A stretch of 64,000 nt of DNA. It comes from the human T2T-CHM13v2.0 reference genome, Homo sapiens. The first letter of the stretch is position 1. Every line of letters starts with the position of its first letter. Shown one piece after another: positions 13,545-28,380 of the stretch. The stretch lies in NCBI RefSeq assembly GCF_009914755.1, contig NC_060928.1. One strand, written 5' to 3'. Both the position numbers and the translations under genes were made by a program. Below the pieces are notes generated by a model that did no database searches, was not told the origin of the DNA, and was given only the letters and a program-made list of their open reading frames with translations.

Positions 13545-13920
13545 GATTTCGCACAGAAAACTGAAGAAATTATTTCAAAAGCTGTTCCATATCATCAATA
13601 AAATGCTGAGGAATCAATTACTCTGAGATGGAAGAGAAGTTAATAGAGTACACAAAGAAAGGAGATTCTACCTAAGAATGACAGCTGCTCCCGAGGAAGA
13701 AAACATGAGTTGGAACAGAAAAAGAATCAAAAGCAAATACTTTCTTGTATTGAAAAACCACAAACAAAACAAAACAATGACCTGAGTGTGCATATAAAGT
13801 TTCCCTATGTCCTTTATAAACTTAATGGAAAAGTATCTGTTTCTAGTCACTTTCTCACAATATTTTAAATTATAAAATGTTGGGGAAAAGTTCTTCAAGG
13901 TTCTCCTTAAAGAAACCAAA
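13545..13920 (+). mobile_element. Possible ancient L1/HAL1 ORF1-like remnant
   Basis: A-rich sequence; the segment near 13842-13900 loosely resembles the L1 ORF1 motif PRHILVKF...KEKIL. Highly degenerate. Confidence 0.25.
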
Positions 13921-14049
13921 TTAACCCAAATAAGTATTTGTTTAGTTATGTAAAAACAACTAAAGAACTTGTTTACGAAAGGTTCAAAAAGATGTGTTTC
14001 CTTATTGAAAAAAGTTACTTGATCATTTGGACTATTGAGCAAACAACAG

Positions 14050-14200
14050 CTAATATTAATTGTGTACTCACTGAGTATTAGACATCTTCTAAACTTCAAA
14101 TTACTTAATCTTCCAATACACTCTGAAACAGGTACTATTTAGTACCCCATTTGACAGATGAGAAAATTAAGTCATAGGGAAATACACATGACTGCAGGGG
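14050..14200 (-). mobile_element. MIR fragment
   Basis: ccccatttgacagatgagaaaattaag is the reverse MIR core. Confidence 0.75.
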
Positions 14201-14739
14201 CAGGGTTTATATATCGCATGAAAATGAAAAAGTTTGAGAAAGCCTATAAAAAGTTCAGTCATTGTGTACACTGTTAAAGGTCTTGGTTACTTGGATTTCT
14301 CCTTAATTTCCCTGCTTGATTCTTCTTTATACACAAAATTATAACAGCAGTCTCTTCTTCATAATATAGAGCTTCTGGTGAGAACCTTGGAATCTTAAAA
14401 CTGTATGTTATTTTTCATATTACCTGGTGAGATAAGTGTTATCTTTATTAAAGCTACGAAATCTAGGAATTTTTATTGTTGTTAATAAGATTATTTTTAT
14501 TCGTTAAGACACCATCAAAACAAAAAAAAGTCAGTACAATTCTAAAGCACAATAACTTGCTCTCTTTCAAAAGTATAAGAGCTCTACAATTAATAAAATG
14601 AATGTATCTGCATTCTGCTTTTCAACAGTCAAAAACAATACAACCTGAAAAAGAGTGGTCCATTTATCTAAACATCTCAAATTAAAACTTTCAACACCAC
14701 TAAATGATATAGCTTCTACACACCTTTCTGTTTTCCTTT

Positions 14740-14975
14740 TTCTTTTTTTAATTTTTAATTTTGTGGGTACATAATAAGTGTATATATTTATGAGGTACAT
14801 GAGATATGTTGATACAGGCATACAATGCTTAATAATCACATTATTATATATAATAGAGAAAATGGGGTTTCCATGACCTGAAGCATTTATCCTTTCTCAG
14901 TGTTACGGAAATAATCCAATTTTACTCTTAGTTATTTTAAAATGTACAATAAAATACTGTCAATTGTAATCACCT
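14740..14975 (-). mobile_element. L1MA 3' fragment
   Basis: ttttgtgggtacataataagtgtatatatttatgaggtacatgag...gttattttaaaatgtacaataaa. Confidence 0.8.
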
Positions 14976-15479
14976 TTCTAAATACACAAGTAGTTTCATT
15001 TTCAACATTGCTCTTCTTTAATCTAAAAATTACTCATGACAAATTTTAAGTAGCACATTCAAATGACCATAACTAAATAATTGTAAGTCAATCGTGAAAT
15101 TATAATAGGGTAAGTAATGACTATGTAAGTTATTTTTATAAAAAAATTCTTTCTTCTTTACCGACTCCATTCCAAATCAAGCAAAAAATGTTAGTATATT
15201 AAATCAAGTACCAGTAGAGAAAATATTATATGCAAAGGATTATTCGAGGCACTGTGGTAGTTAAAATATAAATTCCAATATTCTAGGAATGTGCAATCAG
15301 GAAGTGAAGCAAAATATACTACTTTACATTTTTATTTAATAAAATCTAAATGTGCAGACACTATGGTGCTAGAAAATTCAGATGGGAAATAAAATAAAAT
15401 ATACTTCCTCTTCTGAGTTCATCCCTTTGGTGACCCCAGCTGACACCCAACCTCTCCCCGGCAACCTGCATCCCACATT

Positions 15480-15810
15480 TTTTTGCTTGGTTAACTCTAT
15501 TCACTCTTTAGGTCTCAGCACAAATGTCATCTCCCTGATCTACCCTGCTAGGATAATTCCCTATTCTCACCCCTTTTCTAATATGCTCTCCTAACATGTT
15601 ATCCTTGTCTCTCATAGCACATATAATAAAGCAATTAGACTAATTGCTGTTTCTTGTTTGCCTCCTCAATTAGAAGGTAAGTTCCCGAGGTATAGGACTA
15701 GGTTTGCCTTACTTACCACCATGCCCCAAGGCATGGCACATGGAAAGCACTTAACGAATATTTGTGCACTCAAGGCCTGGCACATAGAAAGCGCTTAAAA
15801 ATATTTGGGA
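15480..15810 (+). mobile_element. L2 fragment with duplicated 3' tail
   Basis: tctcagcacaaatgtcatctcc...gcctggcacatag...aatatttg. Confidence 0.65.
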
Positions 15811-16165
15811 AATTAGTAAATAGGTGCATGAGTTGGGGGTAGGCAGATGGCTATCTGTAATTTAGACCTAGGAATTAAAACTGTGAGAGGAGAGGAGGTA
15901 AAACTGAAATTTGCTGAGGAGGGTGAGAGCAAGGAGCAGTGAAGTCCAGTCACCAGATCCAATCATTCCGTGCTTAGGAATAAGGAAATGGTTTAGCAAA
16001 GTAGAATGTAAGCAAAATATCACAGACTAAATTTTACTAGAGATAAAATTCACCAGAAAATTGTAAATTTTTATTAAAAATTACAATTAACAAAGTCAAT
16101 CTAAATAACATAATTCCTTTGTTCAAAAACACATATGGCTTCCCAGTACAGAACTGACAGTGATA

Positions 16166-16373
16166 CAGGCTGAGTGGCCCTTATCCAAAATGGTTGTGAC
16201 CAGAAGTATTTTAGATTTTGAATTTTTTAAGATTTTGTAATATTTGCATTATATATACTTACCGGTTGAGCATTCCTAATCAGAAAATGCAAAATGCAAT
16301 ATACTCCAATGAGAATTTCCTTTGAGCTTCATGTTGACACTCAAAAAGTTTCAGATTTTGGAGCATTTCAGAT
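16166..16373 (+). mobile_element. Tigger4a (MER46/Zombi-like) DNA transposon
   Basis: TA|caggctgag...ccttatccaaaatg...gaccagaagt...ccggttgagcattcctaatc...aaaaagtttcagattttggagcatttc. Confidence 0.85.
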
Positions 16374-17095
16374 GTAATACAAATCATTGGTCTAACATTA
16401 AAAAAACTTCTCTGCTTCCATGTCCTCTGTTACAGATTCTTCATATAGTCTATAAGCTCCATTTCCAATAGCATTCTGTAATACACTAACAGGGCTAGAG
16501 TTTTAGAGAACAATGACTTTTACCTAGAAGTAACTCCTACCAAGTAGCCCTGTGTTGACTTTATGTGTCCAAAGACTACCATGATGCTTGACACTTTATA
16601 GGTCCTAAATAATGGAAACATGTTTGACTTTAAATCTTCTCAACCATTTGCTATGGGATCACGACTAATTTATGTAACTTCTCTGTGACTCAGATAATTT
16701 GTCTGAAAGGTAGGTACTGTCAGTTGTCTTATGAGGTGTTTTGTACATAGCATATCCTCAAAAATGAGCTGCTTCTTTTCTCATTCTTCCTCCTGGGGGA
16801 TTCTTTATTGCTCTTTGAAAAACATGACAAAATTTAACAGTTAAATCAATCCTCCTGTAGAAATCACAAAAAGGAGAGGTTTGTCCCTGTTGGTTGATGA
16901 CAGTAACTAATTAATGTTATCTTCACAAAGTGTATTTTGAAAGACTCGTTTCACACTCATATAAAAATGAGCTTCCAAGATATAAAATCAATCATCCAAT
17001 CCCAGACTGCAAAGGCAGATGCAGTTGTGCCAAGTTGAGAAAACAAAGCTTTATAGATTTCAATTCCTGTTGCTTCTCTTAAGTTATTTACTTAC

Positions 17096-17119
17096 TTGAA
17101 TCCCTCTTTAGTAAGAAGC
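17096..17119 (-). CDS. Candidate 24-nt frame-preserving microexon GCTTCTTACTAAAGAGGGATTCAA
   Basis: Minus strand ttttgttatctttttcactgttag|...CAA|gtaagt; two frames open (LLTKEGF or FLLKRDS). Confidence 0.55.
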
Positions 17120-19055
17120 CTAACAGTGAAAAAGATAACAAAAATAAACTCTCCAGGGATACAAAAACCCAAGCAACTGGGTTTTACTAACAAGCACAGG
17201 ACATTAATAATAAAGAATAAAGCTGATGATCAGTCTTTGTTTAAATCTTTATACAAACAATGGGTCATTTACTCCAAATTCCAGTGCCCTAAAACAGGAT
17301 TTATGGACATTTTCTGGCTACTAAATAGAAAGTGCAGATTTTTACTGTTTTCATTTCAAATGATAACATACTATTGTTCCTTTCCTGAAATAAACATAGT
17401 TCTTTCAAAGCCCCCAGGAACCTACAAAGTAAAATTGTCAATTACTTTTCTGATCATATATTAATTACCAGGGTGACTTTCAAGGATACAACTTTCTGTT
17501 GCTGAGCTAAATAAAGTTTTTGTTCTCTGAACAGAAAATCAGACCAACCACAACATTCTCTTAAGCCAAAATCTAATCCACAGAAAGCCCTTTTTTCAAT
17601 TCTATGAAGGGTGAGAGAGGTGAGTAAGCTGCAGAAAAGCTGGAAGCCAGCAGACGTTGGTTCATGAGGTTCAAGAAAAGAAGCTGTCTCCATAACAAAA
17701 AAGGACAAAGTGAAGCTGTGGCAAGCTATCCAGAAGATAAGCTAAGCTGACAGATGAAGGTGGCTACACTAAACAACGGATCGTCGATGTAGGTGAAACA
17801 GTCTTCAGTTGGAAGAAGGTGTCATCTAGAACTTTCATAGCTAGTGAGGAAAAGTCAAAGGCTAGCTTCAAAGAACCATTGGACAAGTAGACTCTCTTGT
17901 TAGGGACTAACACCATTGGTGAATTGAAGTTAAAATCAATGCTCATTTACCTTTCTGAAAATACTAGATCCTTTAAGAATTATGTTAAATCTCTGCTTGT
18001 GTTCTAGAAATAGAACAACAAAGCCTGGGTGACAGTATATCTATTTTTACAGCATGGTTTACTGAAGATTTTAAACCCACTACTCAGAAAGAAAAAAAGA
18101 TTCCTTTCAAAATATTACTGCTCATTGATAACGCACCTGGTCACCCAAAAGTTCTGATGCAGATGTACAAGGATATTAATGCTGTTTTCATGCCTGCTAA
18201 CACAACAACCATTCTGAAGCCCATGAATCAAGAAGTAATTTGAAGTTTCAAGTCTTATTATTTAAGGAATCCATTTATTTAGGGTATAGCTGTCCAGAGA
18301 TAGTGATTCCTCAGATGGATCTCAAAAGTTGTTTCCACTCTCATGGATGACACTGAGGGGTTCAACAGTGCAGTGGAAGATGTGGTGGAAATAAAAAGAG
18401 ATGTGAAAATAGCAAGAGAAAGAAATTTAGAAGTGGAGCCTGAAGACGTAAGTGAATTGCTGCAAAATTATAATAAAACCTGAATGGATGAGGAGTTGTG
18501 AGGAGTTGTTTTTATGGATGAGCAAAGAAAGTGATTTCTGGAGATGGAATCTGCTCCTGATGGAGGTGTTCTGTTATACTGTTAAAATGACAACACAGGA
18601 TTTGAGTATTACATAAAGTTAGTTGATAAAGCAACAACAGGTATTGAGAGTGTTGATTCCAATTTTGAAAAAAGTTTTACTATAGGTGAAATGTTGTAAA
18701 ATGGCATGACATGCTACAGAGAAATGTTTTGTGAAAAGAAGAGTCAATTGATGCAGCAAACTTCATTGTTGTCTTCGTTTAGGAAACTGCCACAGCCGCC
18801 CCAAATTTCTGCAACCACCACTTTGAACAGTCAGCAGCCATTAACATTGAGGCAAAACCCTCTAACAGCAAAAAGGTTACTACTTGCTAAAGGCTTAGAT
18901 GATTGTTAAGACTTTTTGCAATAAAGTGTTTTTTTTTACTTAAGGTATGTACATTGTTGTTTAGATATAATGCTACTGTATACTGAATAGCCTATAGGGT
19001 GGTACAAATGTAATTTTTATCTGCACTGGAAAATCAAAATATCTGTGTGACTCCC

Positions 19056-19688
<633 letters not shown>

Positions 19689-20451
19689 CTCCCTTTATTG
19701 ACCACCTGTTTTATTACTGTCTGCATGCAAACACGCAATAAATTTGAAGTATGACTGTATCTATAGTAGTAAGTCTCCCAAGTCCTAAGTATCCTGCTAT
19801 TTCATTATTCCGCAACTAAAACAATACATTGTTAAGAAAATCAATTCTTTAAGTTGAAAATTGAGTCCACTAAGCTTGGCATTCATTACCTAACTTTGAA
19901 TTTTGTGTAGTTATTCATAATTCTAATCAAAGAATGCTCTGACCGAAGTATTTTAAGATAAACAAATTTCTCCAAGACTTAAAAATCTTAAGACAATTCT
20001 CTCCCTAGTGCCAAAAAGTAAAAATAACAAAAATATAGCTCATCACAGAATCTACCTTATGTGAAGAAAAAGTACAATATTTAGGTAATTATTCTTAAAC
20101 TTACATTTAATGTTCTAAGTATAAGACAACCTAAGAAAGATTTCAAAAACATATTTTGAAATAGTTAAGATTACTGTCCTTAATATATAAATATCCAGGG
20201 TATAGAAGGTTAACATGTATCACCCATAACACTTGTAAAGTAATTATAGACAACTGCATGTTGATAGGGATTGTTGGCCTTTCTTAAAAATGCTTACATT
20301 GTATTCTATGTCAATCTTTTGACTAAAAGTGACAGTAAATTCTGAAATATATTTCTCTAAAACAATTTTAAGCACAAGTTTGAGTTGTGACTGTATTATT
20401 TGACACCTGCATCTTTCAGATTCAAAAATTTAACTTAGAAAATGTCACTCA

Positions 20452-20780
<329 letters not shown>

Positions 20781-21863
20781 TCAACCCTGCCCTAGCTGTA
20801 GTACCATTTCTAAGCACTTTTCTGATTCTGTCTTTATATTAGTCTAAACTGAGTGCTTTTCTATAGTGTTATATTTTTCTATTATTTCATAATATTGCAC
20901 AGTTAAGAATTTTTTAGAAATCACTAGGTCCAACTCTGTTTACATATGAAACATATTTGATTATACTCAATGGAAAGATTGTATTAAAGTCATTGGATTA
21001 AAGTCATTGGGTTTTGGGTACTGAAACTAAAAATGAACCCAGGTGATTTTTAGACTCTTAGTGTACAACTCATCACAGCCTGCTACATTGCATTCTCTTT
21101 CATACTTACTTTACCCCAAGAATAATACATTTGAGGCAAGGTTTATGTTAGATTATTTTGGAAATACCTAAAAAATACAAATTAAGTTAGTATTGATTGA
21201 TTGCTTTGATTAATTACACTGCCCACTTAACAATATGCAGAAGAAAACAAATTAACTAGAATACCGCCAGTGACCATTTACTACTATACATCATTGAACT
21301 ACAGCAGTCTTAGTGTGTTTTCTTAACTTTATTAAGGATATCTTTGATGATCTGAGATTTCTTTCTCTTTCTCTTTCTCTCAGTGTACCTTAAAGAAAAC
21401 CTGGATAGGAGTTTATCTAAACCATTATTTTCTAAATTGTTATTTCAATTGATTGAAAATGTAATTAACAATATTATTATACCTGAGGGGGGTCACTTAG
21501 GGATTCTGTGCTACTTCTCAATTGGCATTGACTTATGTTAAGACTATCTCTCCTGAATCCATGTATATCCTCAAGATAAAGGTCTCTGGTCACAAACAAT
21601 GCTCACACAAATCTTCAGAAGGAAATTAGGGATCTCTATCAAAATGGGCCACTTAGAATTAATCCACTCTTGATTTTTAGTACAAGAACTAAAAGCAACT
21701 ATTCTTCTCTGGATCCTCAAGGAACGCATGTCCTACTTAAAGGATGCCTCCAAGAAGGAAAGCTAAACAAGATGCATTTCCTAAAGCTAGGGAAATGCAG
21801 ACACAGCAAAGAGAGTTGGTGCCTTCTTTTCCTATTTGGGAAGGGCATTTCCTATCTTCTTAC

Positions 21864-21883
21864 CTGACTTCCTTCTTTCTCAG
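21864..21883 (-). other. Candidate 20-nt cryptic microexon
   Basis: Minus strand catttttatcattctag|CTGAGAAAGAAGGAAGTCAG|gtaaga. Confidence 0.25.
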
Positions 21884-22675
21884 CTAGAATGATAAAAATG
21901 TGTAAGGTCAACCCTCAGGGCTGATTCCAAGGTAAAAGAGACAAGAAACAGACCCCATATCCAGCCAGTCGAGGCTTGCATGAAAGACTTTGTTATGGGT
22001 TGCAAGGTCATCATTCAGAAATTCAGTGGGCTGGCAATAAAGAAAGTGCCTTTTTGCAGATCACACCGAACCTAGCATGGAAGACAGCTACATTTTACCA
22101 GCCTGAAGAAAACTCTGACTCACAGATAGGAGTTTCCAGCCATATATCTAACAGTTTAATATCTTAGACAGTCGAGTATCTAGATCCAAAGAAGTGAAAC
22201 AACCACTAGATACTGCCTTTTCATACTTCCTATGCAAAAGATGCAGAAGTAAAAGTAATGAAAAATTTCAATATTTGTATTTGTCCACATTATCTTTGAA
22301 CACATTTTACTGGTATTTGTATACTGATTTGCTAATTGTTTTCAAAAGTAAAAAGAAGAATTTAAATATTTAAAACACATTGTGAAATTCAATTTGTCTA
22401 TATCCAAATACACTGATACCACATATACATAATAGGAAACTAGTTCAATAGAAAGCATTTCATTGAACATGCAAAAAGATTAATGAATATGTGACTCTAC
22501 TGCACGATGGATCAAGTTTTCAAACCTGTTTACAAACAAGTTTTAACAAGATACATATACAACATGGCATCCAGTCTATCACAAACTCATTTCTAATTCC
22601 ATAAAATAAACTCTTAATATAAACTCAATTATTACATAGGTAAATTCCCTACTTTTGCCCTTTAGCTTCTTTTAC

Positions 22676-22748
22676 TTGTTTTTCATATTTGGAGAGATCA
22701 TAACAATAATGTTTCTGGTGTTAGACATTTCAGAATGAATGTCGTAAC
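22676..22748 (-). other. Candidate alternative or terminal exon preceded by a (TG)n tract
   Basis: Strong acceptor tttttctccccatattctatttctgcctag|GTTACG; weak donor CAA|gtaaaa. Gives RLRHSF* or GYDIHSEMSNTR... depending on frame. Confidence 0.35.
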
Positions 22749-22801
22749 CTAGGCAGAAATAGAATATGGGGAGAAAAATATACTTGTGCATGTATGTGCA
22801 T

Positions 22802-22806
<5 letters not shown>

Positions 22807-22833
<27 letters not shown>
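22807..22833. repeat. (CA)n microsatellite
   Basis: Read directly from the sequence. Confidence 0.95.
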
Positions 22834-23258
22834 TTTACCTAAGCATTTAGTAATATCCAAACACTACACAGTTTAGCCTCAGTTCTACTCCATAACAGAA
22901 GATATATGTGTGCTTATTTCATCTTGTCTCTTCCATTTTACTAAGATACAGTGAATTCCATCAATGTAACTGCATTGCATTACATCAATGGCCTAAAATA
23001 AATAATTGGCATTACATTTAATACACTGATCAATGAAAATGAAAATTTTAAAATTTTGTAGACTATAATAATTCTTTAAAAGGAGGCTTAGAATATTTGT
23101 GCACCCTTTAAAAGCAGCATATATGGCTTTATGCCTTTAATTTCTAACAATTTAAATATCAATGTCTATAACAATATAAACTTCAGCAATAATTTAGAGT
23201 ATGCTTTTTTTTTGTCAAATTGCTGACATTTCATTTTGTGTAATAAGATTTAGGTCAT

Positions 23259-23557
23259 GGCCAAGCTAAGTGGTTCACACCTGTAACCCCACACCTTTGG
23301 GAGGCTGAGGTGAGAGTACTGCTTGGGCCAGGAGCTCAAGGCCAGCCTGGGCAACACAGCGAGACTCCACCTCTACAAAAATCACAAAAAATTAGCCAGG
23401 CATGGTGTTATGTGCCTGTATTACTTAGGAGGCTGAGGTGGGAGAACTGTCTATGCCCAGGATTTGGAGGTGGCAGGGAGATATAAATGCCACTGCACTC
23501 TAGTCTGCAGACTGGGCAAGATCTTGTCCAAATAAATAAATAAATAAATAAATAAAA
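23259..23557 (+). mobile_element. AluJ-like SINE with (AAAT)n tail
   Basis: Diverged dimeric Alu. Confidence 0.92.
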
Positions 23558-24329
23558 TTCAGGCCTCTATCCTCCCTATTTACAACTTCCAATATAACAA
23601 AATAATTTTGGCACTTCTTAGGTATCCTAGCTCTTAGACTGATATTTAGTCTTGCATTACAGTTCACAGCTCCTGCAGTGAAAATTATCAGCTAAAATGC
23701 TTGTTAAATTATTAAAATCTTGCATTTAAAAAGTCAAAATATAAAAGGCTTAGCAGGAAATAACACTTGAGAGAGGGCAGAAATGGAACACAGTGGGGAA
23801 TAATAAGAAAAGGAGGTATTAGAAGATAAAATGTGAAAGTTGTGGCAAATTCTTATACATAATATCTAAATTATTGGTGTAATAACATTGTGGGAAGGGC
23901 AATTTTTTAGAGACTTCAGTTTTCTGTTAGTAAAATGCCAATGTGCTATAACTCTCTTGCAATAAGTGCAGTATTCCTAAAAGACCAAAAGGTTAACTGC
24001 TACTTCATCCCAAAAGATTTTACCCATGAGACTTGTACTTCTAGTTTAGATTAATATTTTTTAACTGTGTGCTTAAAACAAAATAAAGTTTTGTTTAGTA
24101 GATTCTAGAAAATATTCTGAATTGCTATTTGGCAGACATACTTTTATCACCAACCAAACTATCGTCCTACACTCAGCATACTCTTTAAGCAGAATCTTGA
24201 TTTTATTCTCTCACCTCAAACTGACCATGACCTTCATGAAGGTCGAACATGCCCCCAGCTCTGAATCACAGTTGAATATAATTAATGGTTGCCTCATTTC
24301 CCCTAGGCTAGTGACTGTTCTAAACAGAA

Positions 24330-24648
24330 TCATAAGATCTGACTGTGACCAATAATGGAGAACTTGCACTTGCAAAGAAATGGTTGTGGAGAAGCTTCCC
24401 ATTTCTATATCTGGACACAACTATGTGAGGAGGTGATGCTGGAACAGGCCTACTGTCTGAAGTTCACAGGCTGAGGATGACAGGAAAAAATAAAAGATTT
24501 AACTAACCTGGTGATGATGCCACTGAGCCCTTGAATTAACCCTGAAACTGTGCTAACTATAGACATCTTATTATATGAGACAATAAACAATATTTAAGCT
24601 ATGATTTGTGTCTTTTCTTACCTGTGGCTAGAAGTATCTTAACTGATG
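24330..24648 (+). mobile_element. Old MaLR LTR fragment (MLT1J/K/L-like)
   Basis: gatgatgccactgagccc...gagacaataaac...gtatcttaactgat resembles an MLT1 3' end. Confidence 0.55.
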
Positions 24649-25382
24649 TTAGGATATTTTATTAGAATTTTTGTATGTATTCACACATAATACACATCCT
24701 AAAACAAAGCCATATGAGCCACTATTAACAAAGTTATTTCTAAAAATGAAAAAGAAACATTTCTATATTCAAATATTCTAATGAAGATGATACTTCATTA
24801 AGATGTAAAAATGAATCAACATCATTCAGGATGTTATATCATAGCATCACAGCTTACTATAGGTCTAAAAACCTGATTTACATTAACAAATAATTTATAA
24901 TAATTATCTACATAGATTATTTAAATTCTGTTAACTTGATAAGGAGACTTCCTTTATCTCTGCTGTTTAGTAACAAGGCAGAAAATATACAAAGCTGCTC
25001 ATTTTAATGTCATCATGCCATTTTCATTTGTAATTTTACATATTTTTGGGGAGTAAGAACTGGTTATGCATGTTTTCATTAAATATGAAAATTAAGAGTC
25101 TACCTGAGGTCATATATTTTAACTTTTTCTTAGTAATTGTTTAAGTGACAATGTCACAAAAGTAATCGTATCATTCCAAAAAAGAAATCAATCATTAGCA
25201 AAGAAAATGTAGGAGTCCAGGTTGATTGATACCAGGAGAAGAATAATGTATACATTTTTATTCAATATTAAACTAGTAGGAAAAAATAGAAAATTGAAAC
25301 TTATTCCGTGAATAGTTCAAAAAGCTTTCTAATAGATATCTCCCTTACAAATAATCCACTTTTAAAAAATATTTTATTGTCT

Positions 25383-25729
<347 letters not shown>

Positions 25730-27989
25730 CTAAAACATTACAATAAATTTAAATTTATGACAATTACGGAGGTACCCATGGAGAGGTGTCTTGTCAACCG
25801 TAGTACTTGTTTTTACAACTGGAGAGTTAAGTAATAAAGATGCAGCCTTGCCCTATTGCTCCAGTTATAAGTTCATGTTTTCTTTATGCACTTATCAGAA
25901 ACATCATACTCACCCTGGTATTTAGAGAACAATATAAATAAAAACAAAACTTCATATTATGGTGTCATTTAGAGTTACAATTAGCCAACTGGCCACTATA
26001 CAATGTTCAATAATCAACTTTGTGCACATATTTATACCATCTGAGCAATTACAATTTAATTTAGTTTGATGAAACCATAAGGAAACAAGACCTTTTCTGA
26101 TTATAAATTCAGACATAAAATTAAATTGGAGATCAAAATATTCTGTAAAGAACATCCCCATCACAGGATGTTTCTTTCTTACTCTATTATCAAGAAATCT
26201 TTCTTGAGAAATCTCTCAGTTTAAAAAAGTCAACTAACTGTGTTACTGGTTTCTTTTACCTGTTGCTTTGATTTCCTCTCAAAACACTCAACCTTGCTTA
26301 ATCTTTGTGTTTTTCTAAAATTCACATCACTTTTTTCTTAGTCTTTCATTTTTTCTCCAATGTCCCTGCCCCTACCCAAACAATCTTGTATATTTACTAC
26401 TGGTAATTTTTGCATTTTTTACCAATTGGTGTGCAAACCTTCAGTAATTCTCTACACTAAACATTCATAATATGGTGGAGCAGGAAAGGGCACACACAAC
26501 TCTCACATAATTAGAGAGATTGCTCACCCAAGAAAAACATGCCTATTATTTCAAGTTTCTCAAGATCTGTTAAGAGCTTTGAGTTACTCACTCTTTTGAG
26601 GTATTCTAATGTTGTGTAATGATTCATGGTTTGTAACAATTTCTTTGTGAATTGCCCTCAGAATTCTGAGACAACAAACACGTCGTGTGTCTACTACCAC
26701 GTGCTGAAGAATTCAGACACCATTATTCTGGATGATTACAAATCTCTCATTTTTCACTCAAAGCTATTATCTTCAAAAACCTAGTTTTCTTGCCCAGACA
26801 GAGGCCTACCTTCTTCTCAGCCATGATTTCTTAACACTATGCACATTATTATTTTTTTCTCATGTTTTCTTCTACTCAAATACCCAGTGGTGATTACAAA
26901 ATCTCACATACAGGTCTGATATTTTCCCTGAACATTATACCTTTCTATTAATACCAACTTAATTCATATCACATTTTATACTTTCTAGGATACATACAAA
27001 AATAAGATGTCACGTAATCTTCATATTAATAATTTCCCAAGGTTAATGAAAAAGAACAGAAATTATTGCCATGACACATGCAGGAAAACTTTGAATTAGT
27101 ACAGTTAAAATATTTGGCCAAGAATTAAAACTGGGATTCCAATTTGGGTCACCTTCAAGGTTAGTGCTCTTAATTGCCATACTGCGTTTCTTAACATTCT
27201 TCATGTCTATGATGACAATACTGTAAGTAGGAGTTCACATACAAAACTTGAACCTTTTTGTCATGGGTATTAAGCTCTTAGATCAACAGAACTCCACTCC
27301 ACACAATTCTACAAAGTGTAATGGAACAGTTTAATACAGCAAACTCCAAAACTAAAAGGAGATCTGAAGCTAACAGGCATTGTTTTGGTTTTGGTTTTTT
27401 TTCTAATCTTGTCGGTTGCCCAATCTCCAACAGCAGCCAACTGGTTTCCTCCATGAATGGAATCTAGTGCATGTTACGTCTAAATGGTAACCCTGCAAGT
27501 CTTATTTGTAAAAGTTTAGTCATAGCTAAAGCTGCATGCATAGTGAATAAAAAAATGTTGAATGGTCCAAGTGTTGGTTTATTGGGGGGAAAGCTATGTG
27601 GTAACTTATTTGATTGACTCATTGACGATTATTTTTTAACTCTTTTACTTATTTATAAGTAAGCAGCTCCTCTGAGTTAATACATGCTATCATCCAGGTT
27701 AATATGTATTAAATATCTACACCTTGTTAGTTCATGAGGTTACAGAAAGGGAGGGCACTGGTCTGGAACCTACATGTGTCAAGTGAGGTGACTGTATCAT
27801 ATGGGAAGGGGGTATAAACTTGAAGCAGTAATCCATGGAGTGGCATAGAAAAGCAGCCAGGGATGTAATCAGAAAGGAAGAGATGCCTGAGCATTCATCC
27901 AGAAAGTGGCAAGCAGAATGGCAGGGATTTGTCCACTGCAAAAAAACAGCATGTTCCTTCTTTAGCTTTGAGGTCTTGTGAGTCTGAAA

Positions 27990-28380
27990 ATGAGGATCCG
28001 CCCCCTGCACCCATCATTCCAGCTGAGTCAAATTACTGTGTACCTCCTCATGCCAGGCTATGCTGCTTCAGCACTTGGCACGCGCTGCCGTCTCTGTTTC
28101 GAATGCCCTTTCCCACCTAACTCATTCCTCCCACCCTTCCATACTTAGACAAGTCTGAGCTTTTCTGACCAGTCTTTCCTGAACAGTCCTCCATCCCATC
28201 ATCACCTTAACTACTGAGAGTGAAAGCTTCTTCCTACCCAGGCTACCGGGGTTCATGCACCCTCTTTGGTTGGTTTACTTATCTGTCACTAAACTGAGAT
28301 CTCTTTAAAGCAGGAACAAGATCTCTTTTTACCTAACTCATAACACAGGGTAAACAGACAACAAATGTGCTGACTAAAAT
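27990..28380 (+). mobile_element. L2 fragment
   Basis: Pyrimidine-rich L2-like segment (gaatgccctttccc, actaaactgagatctctt). Confidence 0.45.

Noticed and set aside
13668-14099. 143-aa minus-strand ORF
   Set aside because: Non-ATG start; antisense to an A-rich, probably L1-derived segment; no splice support.
17096-17464. 122-aa plus-strand ORF
   Set aside because: Non-ATG start and no homology recognised; it overlaps a minus-strand microexon candidate.
20983-21010. 14-bp tandem duplication ATTAAAGTCATTGG x2 (similar ones near 7250 and 45890)
   Set aside because: Ordinary slippage duplications, not a spacer-repeat array.
26657-26670. 14-bp palindrome CTCAGAATTCTGAG
   Set aside because: A few palindromes of this length are expected by chance in 64 kb; the spacing does not fit a heat-shock element.
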